Source: Owenia fusiformis (lineage: Eukaryota). From it: a stretch of 64,000 bases of DNA. Location: positions 9,052,001 through 9,116,000 of the forward strand of contig CAIIXF020000001.1 of NCBI GenBank assembly GCA_903813345.2. The letters run 5' to 3'. Below are positions 10,701-19,700 of the stretch, piece by piece. The notes beneath the pieces are model-generated. The model was given only the letters and a program-made list of their open reading frames with translations. It was not told where the DNA came from and did not search any database. Numbering within the stretch: position 1 is the stretch's first letter; every line of letters starts with the position of its first letter. The translations under genes were made by a program, and so were the position numbers.

Positions 10701-12559
10701 TCTTGTTCAGCATTTTTACGATCTTTTTCCAGGTTTTTTCGATCTTCCTCTTGCTTGTTGCCTAATTCCTCTAACAGCCTAGTGAGTTTCTTCAAATCAT
10801 CATCCTTGTCTTCTAAAGCATTAACACGGCTATATCTGGACTTTTGTCCTTTCCTCATTCTTTCCGATTCCACATAAGATTCTTCTCTCAGGGCAATTTC
10901 AATTGCCTTGTCTAACGTTGTGCATTCTTTATTATGTATTGCTCGGCGTATATCATCCTCCGCTATCGCCTGCTCAAAACTACGCCTTGCTAATCTATCC
11001 TGGGCTGACCTACTCATCTCAGGATATGCCAATGCTGTAAGTCGCCTGATATCCTGTCCTAAAGTCTGTAAAGATTCTTTTGGCTTCCTCATTCGCCCAA
11101 TTAGTTCGGCCTCATATACCTCTGCTTTTCCTCCAGGCCCATATCTTTTCTCCAAGGCTAAAACCAATTGATCATACGTATACCCAGCTTCCATTTCCAA
11201 CACGATTTGTTGGGCAGTCCCCCGCAGACTGGTAGCTAAGTACTCATTTTTCTCTTCTGTGGTCCAACTGTTGGCCTTAGCACATATTTCAAAATGGGCT
11301 CGATACTCCTGCCAAGGAGTAGTGCCATTATATGTCTCCGGCTTGATCCTATTCTTGGAATTGGACATCTGGTTAAACAATTTCATAAGGTCCATGGAAT
11401 CACCAGGTATATTATTATCAACCTCTCTTTTCCTCTCACTAGTAGAATCATCTCTTGAAGAACGCGTTTCAAATCTACCTTCAACTTGACGTATCCCGTT
11501 ATCACTCCCATATTCATGCTCCATCCGTTGACCTCCCATCCTGTGCATAGACTGGCCTCCTGAAGCACAAACGTCCTCTTGCTTACAGGCAGGATCTCGC
11601 TGGTCTCTACCAGTTGATTTCTGTGTAGGAGTGACATGAATTCTGTCTTGTCTTTCCAGTTTCCATGGTTTCATTCTTGATGGAGTAGGAGGTTCAGGTG
11701 TAAAACAATCTGTGTTCTGCGGACAGTGCCTCATGGGCAAAGGAGGTGACCGTTGTGCTCCCCTTCGAGCTCCACTTGGAGTTGCATACAAATCATTACC
11801 AATAGCATTCCCTGTATACAAAACACCATTGGACTTGGTCTCTGTACTAACTGCTACTGTAGTACTCTGTATATGCTGCAGGATCGCCTGCAACTGATGA
11901 TCTTGTTTCTCCTGTCTTTCCTGTTGTCTTTCTTCGCTTATTTGTCGTTTTTCTTCTCTTATTTGTTGTTGCTCTTCTCTAATTTGTTGCATATGTCTGT
12001 TCTCTTCCATTTGCTTTGCTATTAGAGTCATACTATGAGTCTGTATTTGTTGGGTCTCTTTAATATCATCCAACTGTTTCTGTTGCGCCTCTGTAACATT
12101 CCCAAAAACAGACATCTGATCTCGCAACTGACCTTCCACCATAGTTAACTCTTGTTTCACTATATCCTCTGTCTGGCTCTTTTTCAAAGGCCGATTCATA
12201 ACAGTAGAGGTTATTGGAAAATGTCTGGCAGTATTCCTTTTATCCAATCCCAGGGGATTTGCTGGAGTCTCTAGATTAGTCAATCCTCCTCCAGACCAAT
12301 ACCCTGTAGTTACATTGCTGGGTAAAACTCTTTTCTCAGTATCCACCTTTGGATCCTTTGATCTAGCGCCTGCACCAAGAGGGGCCTCCTTTGATGCATC
12401 AGAAAATGTGGCGCCATCTTTGTCCAATGGCTGAGTTGTATCATTAGCTCCCGGATTATTTATTTCCATTGGATTTGTCTTCATGAATACAGTAGTCTCC
12501 CCTTCAATCTCTATATCCTCATCATCCATTGGATAGGGAAGATTGGACTCTGGATCCAT
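4766..12559 (-). CDS. Gag-Pol polyprotein, 2597 aa: capsid, CCHC knuckle, aspartic protease, RT, RNase H, integrase with GPY/F motif, plus a long C-terminal extension
   Basis: PETYNGTTPWQEY..HFE capsid; CFFCHKPGHVIAEC; LLDSGA; YLDD; LDTDAS; H..H..CHTC; AVDILGP / SDQGRNF / GMVERYNR; WLGPFQV...VHFDQLKPY. Confidence 0.97.
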   Translation of the reverse strand: MDPESNLPYPMDDEDIEIEGETTVFMKTNPMEINNPGANDTTQPLDKDGATFSDASKEAPLGAGARSKDPKVDTEKRVLPSNVTTGYWSGGGLTNLETPANPLGLDKRNTARHFPITSTVMNRPLKKSQTEDIVKQELTMVEGQLRDQMSVFGNVTEAQQKQLDDIKETQQIQTHSMTLIAKQMEENRHMQQIREEQQQIREEKRQISEERQQERQEKQDHQLQAILQHIQSTTVAVSTETKSNGVLYTGNAIGNDLYATPSGARRGAQRSPPLPMRHCPQNTDCFTPEPPTPSRMKPWKLERQDRIHVTPTQKSTGRDQRDPACKQEDVCASGGQSMHRMGGQRMEHEYGSDNGIRQVEGRFETRSSRDDSTSERKREVDNNIPGDSMDLMKLFNQMSNSKNRIKPETYNGTTPWQEYRAHFEICAKANSWTTEEKNEYLATSLRGTAQQIVLEMEAGYTYDQLVLALEKRYGPGGKAEVYEAELIGRMRKPKESLQTLGQDIRRLTALAYPEMSRSAQDRLARRSFEQAIAEDDIRRAIHNKECTTLDKAIEIALREESYVESERMRKGQKSRYSRVNALEDKDDDLKKLTRLLEELGNKQEEDRKNLEKDRKNAEQDRKNLEKRIQLMETKIQSDGDNPKTNCEIKGSRYRKLECFFCHKPGHVIAECYSRKRMEERAKEAQAESRQAAPVKFLSHFGRDVSKNESPKDVRKVIAHGDVCGAEVAFLLDSGAARTIVNSEVYRRMNPRYRPKLIPATHIMLQADGEPLATLGAIFGKVSIDGHEEELEIVVAPIDFEGILGSDYLSASGAIVDYHRCTVSFGTKDKPNISTDSYEDAEMKLNSRETDNSRSCSVGSMAKLDKSYSSDLKADDFISEACGKQVESVDSGSSCKERAKFKGTTQTPPVARIQFPDSPSSIPEESMEDSEDSQDFEDAREQLEYILVPETPSPEQGMRFPDSPPATPIIIPETPPNTPESLELEDDILSDLRQMFDPRQSSLCYNAAHEVILPAFSGQFIEVQWKEPLTGMGIIEPYLDAEDLEELEIVTTLADTSQSSYMEVRNHNDFEISIPEGAVLGVITSVDEDTYQVDLDKVTEEIICPLTGSEGTEDSLLPLPEFMQDLFERSSCGLNQTQRDQLQKLLRGNKDIFAQSDDDLGRTTLVEHNIDTGDTTPIRQRYRMLPRSRQDEVNELIEDMLRRGIIKPSQSPWASPIVLVKKKDGSWRFCVDYRKLNSVTKKDAFPIPRIDETLDMMNGSKYFSTLDLASGYWQILLDKEAQEKSAFTVRGGLFQWAVMPFGLANAPSTFCRLMEEVLSGLNKEGSLVYLDDVISFSPTFEQALKRLEGVFGRLRRAGLKLKPKKCTLLQTQVNYLGHVVSGEGIAPDPKKVEAMLQYPTPKTVKQVRQFVGGASYYRRHIKNFAEIAGPLHKLTRKNQRFMWNSEAEEAFITLKERLTTAPILAFPRDDCPYILDTDASHEAVGAVLSQIQDNEERVIYYASHRLNGPELNYCVTRKELLAVVHFAKYFRQYLYGVRFTIRSDHGSLRWLTNFKNPEGQLARWLEVLQEYNFQLEYRPGPRHANADVMSRRPCTQCSHCDEVAQQEDVSQLQVAMVAIEPTWTLEKIAEAQEQDPEIQPILEALRSSNTRPIWDKISFNSPATKHYWHLWNQLEIHKDVLCKRWEDASGEHGHLQIVVPSPMKLVVLEMCHTNKVAGHFGIRRTFLKSRQRFYWFEQRVDVRGVVRTCHTCGKRRKPLRARRAPLQIQGVSSPMERYAVDILGPFPETSRGNKVIMVCADYFSKWVEAFALPNQEAITVADKLVTEVVCRFGVPADLHSDQGRNFESHVFQEVCKLMGIHKTRTTPFHPQSDGMVERYNRTLLDTIAKLLQPEVHQSDWDVQIPFALMAYRTSTHDATGETPAMMMFGRELSVPVSWMIEDPQCEEMKTDYVIELRQGLKDAHERASRVLKKSAIRQRDVYDRRVVGKGYNPGDAVWYLNNNKKRGISPKLQCRWLGPFQVLQKMSDVTYRICEWGKRTPKVVHFDQLKPYESQLPEDWKIPSDETKLKLEEIPSDPMTLDSSEMKQREKMRVDSDETEDKILHDDDPTPPETKMNKEVKTDPMDVELYETEPRDEKCEPSDRGEVQMREKGVILDADSETQEKGCSKSKNKRVIEGEQGGTDSMGQSKGWGRRVRKPPKRLCDYELNTVLCASRVEDKMSHWPRPRFGDRGDRFRYGYNDRRGRSRDRDSREDRDSRDYHRDRSNDRKDRDSKERRVNSSDSGKVDKFARWDRPSRSSSKDSLPVERIATVQEPTGFNLMEQLSGLLQTWQSASDVKRPQFPPPSASLGAPPTSLMSAPEVVAPAPIVSKNHATSPEVTPVTSKAPVTSLGTRPTPTSVPCTTVPKTSVVTSKTSSVSSQSVTKDPLALPSTTTTMASNTVTTAASKSPIVWGKRVEPKEKEGKHTGTKKVDSQGDSRIVIPIGEGKEYVLNKDKGKSPKPKPKSAPRKKSKKEPKSVAIIETSSDEDESKKITKTAKVVLERLEEEDVETEEYEPYKKGTVNNPIKMEIRFRYYARDGSVLEDETLVTRYASLKI

Positions 12560-12604
12560 CCTAAATCAGTATAATGCACCTCGGGCTTATATCTTCAGAC
12601 AATT

Positions 12605-12623
12605 AATCCCACCACTGCCACCA
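12605..12623 (-). other. Primer-binding site complementary to the tRNA-Leu 3' end
   Basis: Minus-strand TGGTGGCAGTGGTGGGATT is the complement of ...AATCCCACCACTGCCA-CCA, the metazoan tRNA-Leu(TAG/AAG)-type 3' end. Confidence 0.9.
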
Positions 12624-13105
12624 GTGTAACAGTTTGGCCTTTTTTGTGGATATGTGGTAGTGTGGCTAATAAAAAGACCACTGTTTAGTAAACGGTGTTT
12701 ACTTGTGGATTGCACGGCACACGTTAAATGTGCTTTGTCCCTAAAGAAATAAACAGAATATATAATTTTATATATATATAATACAAAACAATATATTGTG
12801 GCGTTTATAAGCCCAAATAAGATGTACATGCAATTTCAAATGTAATGTAAGAATATTACGGTGTTATTATTTCTCTTAAAACTCACAACTCAAAAGTCCA
12901 TATGAGCTAATAATAATTATCACTGATAAAATAATATCCAGAGTCCATATAAACTGATGATCACTATATAACACTGTTGTATTCCGAATATGCAAAGTTC
13001 ATGTAAATTGTACCACTTGTACGTCTTGTATTGTTATTGTATCTTGAACCTGGAATAGTAAGCTGAGCGTAACAAAGTCTTGTCTCCTAATTTTGGGAAG
13101 CAACT

Positions 13106-13312
13106 TTACACAAAATTCATAGTACTCATGCTGAAGCTTGGTGTGGATTTTAAAGCAGGGGTTGGCGTAGGGGGTATTGGAACTGCTGGAACAGGCGCTT
13201 CTTCGTTTTGAATCTTAATACACACCTGGGAGCATATGACTGACATCAGACATAAAAGTACAAATAAAATTCCACCCACGACCAAGATGATGAAGGGGAT
13301 ATCCAGTTCCAT
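13106..13312 (-). CDS. Putative 68-aa single-pass membrane protein encoded inside the LTR (the second copy starts at 59 and runs off the window)
   Basis: MELDIPFIILVVGGILFVLLCLMSVICSQVCIK...PVPAVPIPPTPTP: ~22-aa hydrophobic segment, three juxtamembrane Cys and a Pro-rich tail; more GC-rich than the surrounding LTR. Confidence 0.55.
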   Translation of the reverse strand: MELDIPFIILVVGGILFVLLCLMSVICSQVCIKIQNEEAPVPAVPIPPTPTPALKSTPSFSMSTMNFV

Positions 13313-13385
13313 CCACTGTAAACTCAGCAACTGTCTTGTGTCTTGCTTCCAATGAAAATACTGATTCTCTTCATGTTGTTGTAGT

Positions 13386-15634
13386 ATCCTCCACTGTGTT
13401 GTAGTATAATTCAACTTTGATTATGCGAAATAATCTAAGTCAAACTATCGGCTCTGTAAATGGCTATCTCCTGGATCCTCCTTAATGTGTTGTAGGATAA
13501 TTCAACTTTAATTATATGAAATAATCAAAGTCAAACTATCGGCTCTGTAAATGGCTATCTCTTGGATCCTCCTCACTGTGTTGTAGGATAATTCAACTTT
13601 AATTATATAAAATAATCAAAGTCAAACTATTGGCTCTGTAAATGGCTATCTCCTGGATCCTCCTCAATGTGTTGTAGGATAATTCAACTTTAATTATATG
13701 AAATAATCAAAGTCCAACTATCAGCTCTGTAAATGGCTATCTCCTGGATCCTCGTCACTGTGTTATAGGATAATTCAACTTTAATTATATGAAATAATCA
13801 AAGTCAAACTATCGGCTCTGTAAATGGCTATCTCCTGGATCCTCCTCACTGTGTGGTAGGATAATTCAACTTTAATTATATAAAATAATCAAAGTCAAAC
13901 TATTGGCTCTGTAAATGGCTATCTCCTGGATCCTCCTCAATGTGTTGTAGGATAATTCAACTTTAATTATATGAAATAATCAAAGTCAAACTATTGGCTC
14001 TGTAAATGGCTATCTCCTGGATCCTCCTCAATGTGTTGTAGGATAATTCAACTTTAATTATATGAAATAATCAAAGTCAAACTATCGGCTCTGTAAATGG
14101 CTATCTCCTGGATCCTCCTCACTGTGTTGTAGGATAATTCAACTTTAATTATATGAAATAATCAAAGTCAAACTATCGGCTCTGTAAATGGCTATCTCCT
14201 GGATCCTCGTCAATGTGTTGTAGGATAATTCAACTTTAATTATATGAAATAATCAAAGTCAAACTATTGGCTCTGTAAATGGCTATCTCCTGGATCCTCC
14301 TCACTGTGTTGTAGGATAATTCAACTTTAATTATATGAAATAATCAAAGTCAAACTATCGGCTCTGTAAATGGCTATCTCCTGGATCCTCGTCAATGTGT
14401 TGTAGGATAATTCAACTTTAATTATATGAAATAATCAAAGTCAAACTATCGGCTCTGTAAATGGCTATCTCCTGGATCCTCCTCAATGTGTTGTAGTATA
14501 ATTCAACTTTGATTATGCGAAATAATCTAAGTCAAACTATCGGCTCTGTAAATGGCTATCTCCTGGATCCTCCTCACTGTGTTGTAGGATAATTCAACTT
14601 TAATTATATGAAATAATCAAAGTCAAACTATCGGCTCTGTAAATGGCTATCTCCTGGATCCTCGTCAATGTGTTGTAGGATAATTCAACTTTAATTATAT
14701 GAAATAATCAAAGTCAAACTATCGGCTCTGTAAATGGCTATCTCCTGGATCCTCCTCAATGTGTTGTAGTATAATTCAACTTTAATTATATGAAATAATC
14801 AAAGTCAAACTATTGGCTCTGTAAATGGCTATCTCCTGGATCCTCCTCACTGTGTTGTAGGATAATTCAACTTTAATTATATGAAATAATCAAAGTCAAA
14901 CTATCGGCTCTGTAAATGACTATCTCTTGGATCCTCCTCAATGTGTTGTAGTATAATTCAACTTTAATTATATGAAATAATCAAAGTCAAACTATTGGCT
15001 CTGTAAATGGCTATCTCCTGGATCCTCCTCACTGTGTTGTAGGATAATTCAACTTTAATTATATGAAATAATCAAAGTCAAACTATCGGCTCTGTAAATG
15101 GCTATCTCCTGGATCCTCCTCAATGTGTTGTAGGATAATTCAACTTTAATTATATGAAATAATCAAAGTCAAACTATCGGCTCTGTAAATGGCTATCTCT
15201 TGGATCCTCCTCACTGTGTTGTAGGATAATTCAACTTTAATTATATGAAATAATCAAAGTCAAACTATCGGCTCTGTAAATGGCTATCTCCTGGATCCTC
15301 CTCACTGTGTTGTAGGATAATTCAACTTTAATTATATGAAATAATCAAAATCAAACTATCGGCTCTGTAAATGACTATCTCTTGGATCCTCCTCACTGTG
15401 TTGTAGGATAATTCAACTTTAATTATATGAAATAATCAAAGTCAAACTATCGGCTCTGTAAATGGCTATCTCCTGGATCCTCCTCAATGTGTTGTAGGAT
15501 AATTCAACTTTAATTATATGAAATAATCAAAGTCAACTATCGGCTCTGTAAATGGCTATCTCCTGGATCCTCCTCACTGTGTTGTAGGATAATTCAACTT
15601 TAATTATATGAAATAATCAAAGTCAAACTATCGG
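13386..15634 (-). repeat. Tandem array of 25 x 91-bp hairpin units in the 5' LTR
   Basis: Same units, same variant order and same 1-bp deletion as the left array. Confidence 0.97.
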
Positions 15635-16324
15635 AATTGACAAAGTTTACGAACGTCTTATATGGCATCAACTGCTAAGTACACAAACTTCCTTCACAAT
15701 TAAGTAATCAGCCTACCTAAAAATATAGCATGCGCACAACAGCATAGGCAAAAATATTACAAGTCAAAATATGTGCCCTTGAAAATAACTAAGTTCAGTT
15801 AATGTTGAGTTATACTGATATTGAAATATCCTAAGTTCAATATTTATTCTCCAAAAAACAACAAAGTCCAAAATAATGTTTCTCCAAATATTGACTAAGT
15901 TCAATAATTTCTATCTCAAAAATAATCAAAGTCCAATTTCATGTGTTCATGAAATTGAACTGACAGAGCTCAGAAATCTAGTATAGGCTTGATGCTGCCT
16001 CCAAACACGGTACTGAATATTCCCTCTTGAGGTATCCTCTACACAAATACACGGGTAGATGGCCAAGTTATCATCTACAGAATCACGGTGTAGCAGTCTT
16101 CCCTCTCAGGTATCCTTCATCACAAGTAGATGTCCAAGTTATCATCCACTGAACTAAGTGCAGCTATGTATCTCCTATCTGCCTCGGGAAATATTCAAAG
16201 TCCCAACAACTTTCTACTGAAAATTGTCAAAGTCCAAAAATATTTCCTTGAAAAATGACTAAGTCCAACTTCACATAAAAATATGAAATTGAAACGGAGC
16301 TCTGTCCCGAACGAAAGCTAGCTG

Positions 16325-16400
16325 TAATCTGCTGAGCGCTCTCAGCTTGCTGCTTATATACCCAGCAGCGGTGCGGCGATGACGTCATCCACTTGTTTAC
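16325..16400 (-). promoter_or_regulatory. Probable LTR core promoter (copy at 3072..3147)
   Basis: Minus-strand TATATAA at 16360..16354; perfect CRE palindrome GATGACGTCATC at 16378..16389; forkhead site TGTTTAC at 16394..16400. Confidence 0.65.
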
Positions 16401-18070
16401 ATCAAATTCCAACTTCATATGATTGCAAGCTAAATAACGCCAAAATTACTCCCAAACATGAAATATAAATGAATTTAAATTACAGAGACATGAAATATAA
16501 CAACAATTATGCACAGAATGACATAATAAAGAAGCTTTAATGAGTTAAAGTTATCCTCATGAATTTAATTCCAAAATGGCCTAGCGCCGCAATTCTCAAC
16601 TTGATCTCTATATATCTCGAAAAGTATACGCTAATTCTATTCCAAAGTTACTCAATCAAAACTTGAGATCGTTAGTTATACTAATCTATCAAAACTATAT
16701 AGAAATAAAGGCAAACTAACCTGTATTGGAACGATATGAGGGGACGATTCAAAATGCCGCACTAAAAACGTTGGTGGTGGTTACTGGATGTCAACTACCC
16801 AAACGTGAAACGAAAACACTAATTATATTGAAAATATACGAAATGACCGGAAGTAGCCAGTTAAACATGATAAACAATTCACATACACAATTGTTAGACC
16901 AAGTAGGAATAAAAATAATTGCCCAAATATGTGTATAACTAGCAAGCTCAACTATAACCGGGGAGATTGCTGATGAAGTGCTGAAAACCTCCAAATACTA
17001 AGACCATAAAATTTTTAAAAAAAAAATAATTTGTTACAGTCAGGAGTAGATAACTGGGCCAGACGGGTTTGGTTAGATTACAGCCTGTATGAAACTGAGT
17101 ATGCTGTTTGATTTGGTTTGCCAAATTGCCTGTATTTCATTAAATGATAACTGACTTACCGGATGCAAATACTCCGAGTGTCAAATATAACACACATGAG
17201 ACCACAAACACCCCTAGCACAGCTTTGAACCGAGACATCTCTGGTGTATTCTTTAGGTTTGTCGCAAACTGCTGAAAAAATTCTTGTTTATTTTTTCGAA
17301 ATTCATAAATTTAATGTTTTTCAATGCTTCCGTTCGGTCTATGACGTTTTACCTTCTAATGCACATTCACTGGCACCTCTTCTACATTTAACTCGTTTGG
17401 AATGTGATGATATGTGTTCTAAAGGCCTGTTTTATCATAAAATATGATGAAAATTTGATGAATCAGAAAATGACGAGGAACTCACCAAAATAATAACCTT
17501 ACAACGGGTGTTACTAAATACCACCTAGGTGTCCCCTTGGGCACCTGGATTTATAATTCCATTTTAAACCACGTACATATTTTATATATAGTATTTCCTT
17601 TGTCACATATTAACTTGACATATAATAGACTTGAAAAAATAATTTGTAGTCGAGAATATTGCAAAGAAGATTCGAAAATAAAATGTCAAAAGTTTTATTA
17701 TTAGAAAAATGGGCACCTGGAATTTTGTTCATATGTATGGTCACTTATTTATAGTAATAAAACACCATTTATGCTCAAGTGTGCATTTATATTTGAAATA
17801 TATATATTATTCTTACTTTAGTTGCCAAAATAGTGAATTTGTAGCATTTTAAAGTGAGCAAATAATGAAATAGATTTCTATTATCCTAACAAATGACTTT
17901 TTCGATAGGCCGCGCCTGGAGAGCCTTAAAATTTAAGGCTCTCTAGCCAAATGGGTTACCAAAATGCTAAAGAGCCTTAAATTTTAAGGTTCTTTAGCAT
18001 TTTGGCTAAAGAGCCTTAAATTTTAAGGCTCTTAAGGATTTTGATAGCCAATTCTGCTAGAGAGCCTTAA

Positions 18071-18473
18071 GGTACAGCTGGAAAGTAACATTTTGGTAAA
18101 AAATTGCTATACCTGCACATGTTATTTTCTGGTACAAAATAAAGTATGAAGGCATGTATCAATTTCCTTGCTTTTTTCAGGAAAGTATCATTACATTGTC
18201 TTCTTTTAGAATATCTGGTAGACGTTCAAAGGGAACTCCAGGGAATTCTGATATTTCACACTTCCTGTTTTTCCAAATTTTCTTTCAAAGTTTCCAGACA
18301 ACACAGGAGCTACCATTAAACTGTTTCCAGGTTTACTAAAAGTAGACAGTGTAATGATACTTTCCTGAAAAAAGCAAGGAAATACAAACTGCCTTCATAC
18401 TTAATTATGTACCAGAAAATAACATGTGCAGGTATAGCAATTTTTTACCAAAATGTTACTTTCCAGCTGAACC
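18071..18473. mobile_element. Foldback MITE with TTAA target site (Kolobok/piggyBac-type)
   Basis: Inverted arms longer than 100 bp, GGTACAGCTGGAAAGTAAC... / ...GTTACTTTCCAGCTGAACC, flanked by TTAA on both sides. Confidence 0.8.
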
Positions 18474-19630
18474 TTAAAGGAATTCCAGGCGACAGAAATG
18501 ACGAAATATTGCTTCTGGGACAAGATCAAACGACTTTGACATATTCTATACCCAACCTATTTTGTAATTTAACAATCAGCACAAATATACATACCATATT
18601 AGCACATATCGGACAAATTCAAAAAGAAAATTTTTTTGATCGATAAAATCACTGATTATTAAACCGGAAGTGTCTTCTCTGAGGTCCGCGAAGATGAAGA
18701 AGATAACATATAAAGATTTCAGTCATTTCAACTAACTTTGCTGTCGATTTGATTTACATGGTTTTAAATGATCTTCTAATGCTTACTATGACTTCTATTA
18801 GTACTGTTTTGACTTCCCCACTTCATAAAAACATTATCACTTTTTGCTCGACTCATAAATTTACTTCCGGTCTACCGAGAGAAATAATGTTTTCAATCCT
18901 CAGTCTAAATTTGGCTTTTTAAAGGTTCAAACATCGATTTTGAAAAGTAAATGTTTGTTTGTTTGATGTTCATGCATATATCGAAAATATATGTCTCTGG
19001 TTCACCAGAGAACGTGTAAGACCAGGCAATCACGTATAGCCAGAAAATGTTATTTTTTCCATTTTATCCACTATAAATCGCAACGTCCGTTTAGTAAAGA
19101 TTTTGATGTACAGTATAGACATTTATTGATGGATTGGAGGCTAGGATGAAAATGTTGTTGTGTAAGCCGCTGTTTCCTCGATCGGCAGTTTACCTCTTGT
19201 ACTGTAAATTTTCTTTGTGCTCATGTGCTTTTAAAAATTCTCACTTGTGAGGAAAATATTATGCAAAAATATCTCGTTACGTGAAAAATTCTAAAATCAG
19301 CATTGAAATCTAATGGGCAATAGATTTGGAAGTGTATTCTGTGATGTCCCTGGGCTGATGTCCCTGCATTCACGATAAACTTCGTCAAGATGTGCTGATC
19401 TAGAAGAAACAAGATCCTTTTTCATCCCCAGGTCTTCATCATACTTTTTGCCATCTTAAAATGGGATTCCCTGTATTCTCGTGACTATAGCAAAGGCAAT
19501 ACAAGTGATTAATTTCATTAAACATTGATGATTGAGCGATAGAGCAAGCCCAAGACTTCTAGAAAAAATTGTGTACATAATTTCCGGACCTCAGAGAACA
19601 AACTTCCGGCTTGTTTTTCAAAATAAAAAG

Positions 19631-19700
19631 TGCTCCGTCGGGGAATCGGACCCACGCCGCAGGAGTGGAAAGCGAGCACCCTAACCACTATACCAGAGTG
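19631..19700 (-). pseudogene. tRNA-derived remnant (Glu/Asp/Gly-like; SINE head or pseudo-tRNA)
   Basis: A-box TGGTATAGTGG, B-box-like GGTCCGATTCC and a T-run downstream; acceptor and anticodon stems are broken. Confidence 0.55.

Larger units (their letters stand above)
1..17038 (-). mobile_element. Full-length Ty3/Gypsy (Metaviridae) LTR retrotransposon, about 17.7 kb; the distal 629 bp of the 3' LTR lie left of the window
   Basis: Direct repeats at offset 13253 (1..3785 = 13254..17038), TGTAAC...GTTACA termini, PBS, PPT, and an intact ORF in gag-PR-RT-RH-IN order. Confidence 0.97.
12625..17038 (-). repeat. 5' LTR (4414 bp)
   Basis: Starts TGTAAC at 17038 (minus strand) and ends GTTACA at 12625, 1 nt from the PBS; identity with the left copy stops exactly at 17038. 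Confidence 0.95.

Noticed and set aside
4944-12025. Many short plus-strand and alternative-frame ORFs over the polyprotein
   Set aside because: Shadow ORFs of the long minus-strand frame; most start at non-ATG codons and show no motifs
13313-13414. N-terminal 34 aa of the listed 102-aa LTR ORF
   Set aside because: Starts at a TTG inside the last repeat unit; the first in-frame ATG is at 13312
13386-15634. Canonical pri-miRNA cluster or hammerhead ribozyme array
   Set aside because: The stem is only 20 bp with no lower stem (Drosha substrates need ~35 bp), and no CUGAUGA/GAAA core was seen; non-canonical small-RNA processing is not excluded
19631-19700. Functional tRNA gene
   Set aside because: Acceptor and anticodon stems do not pair; kept only as a remnant (same for ~26417-26480)
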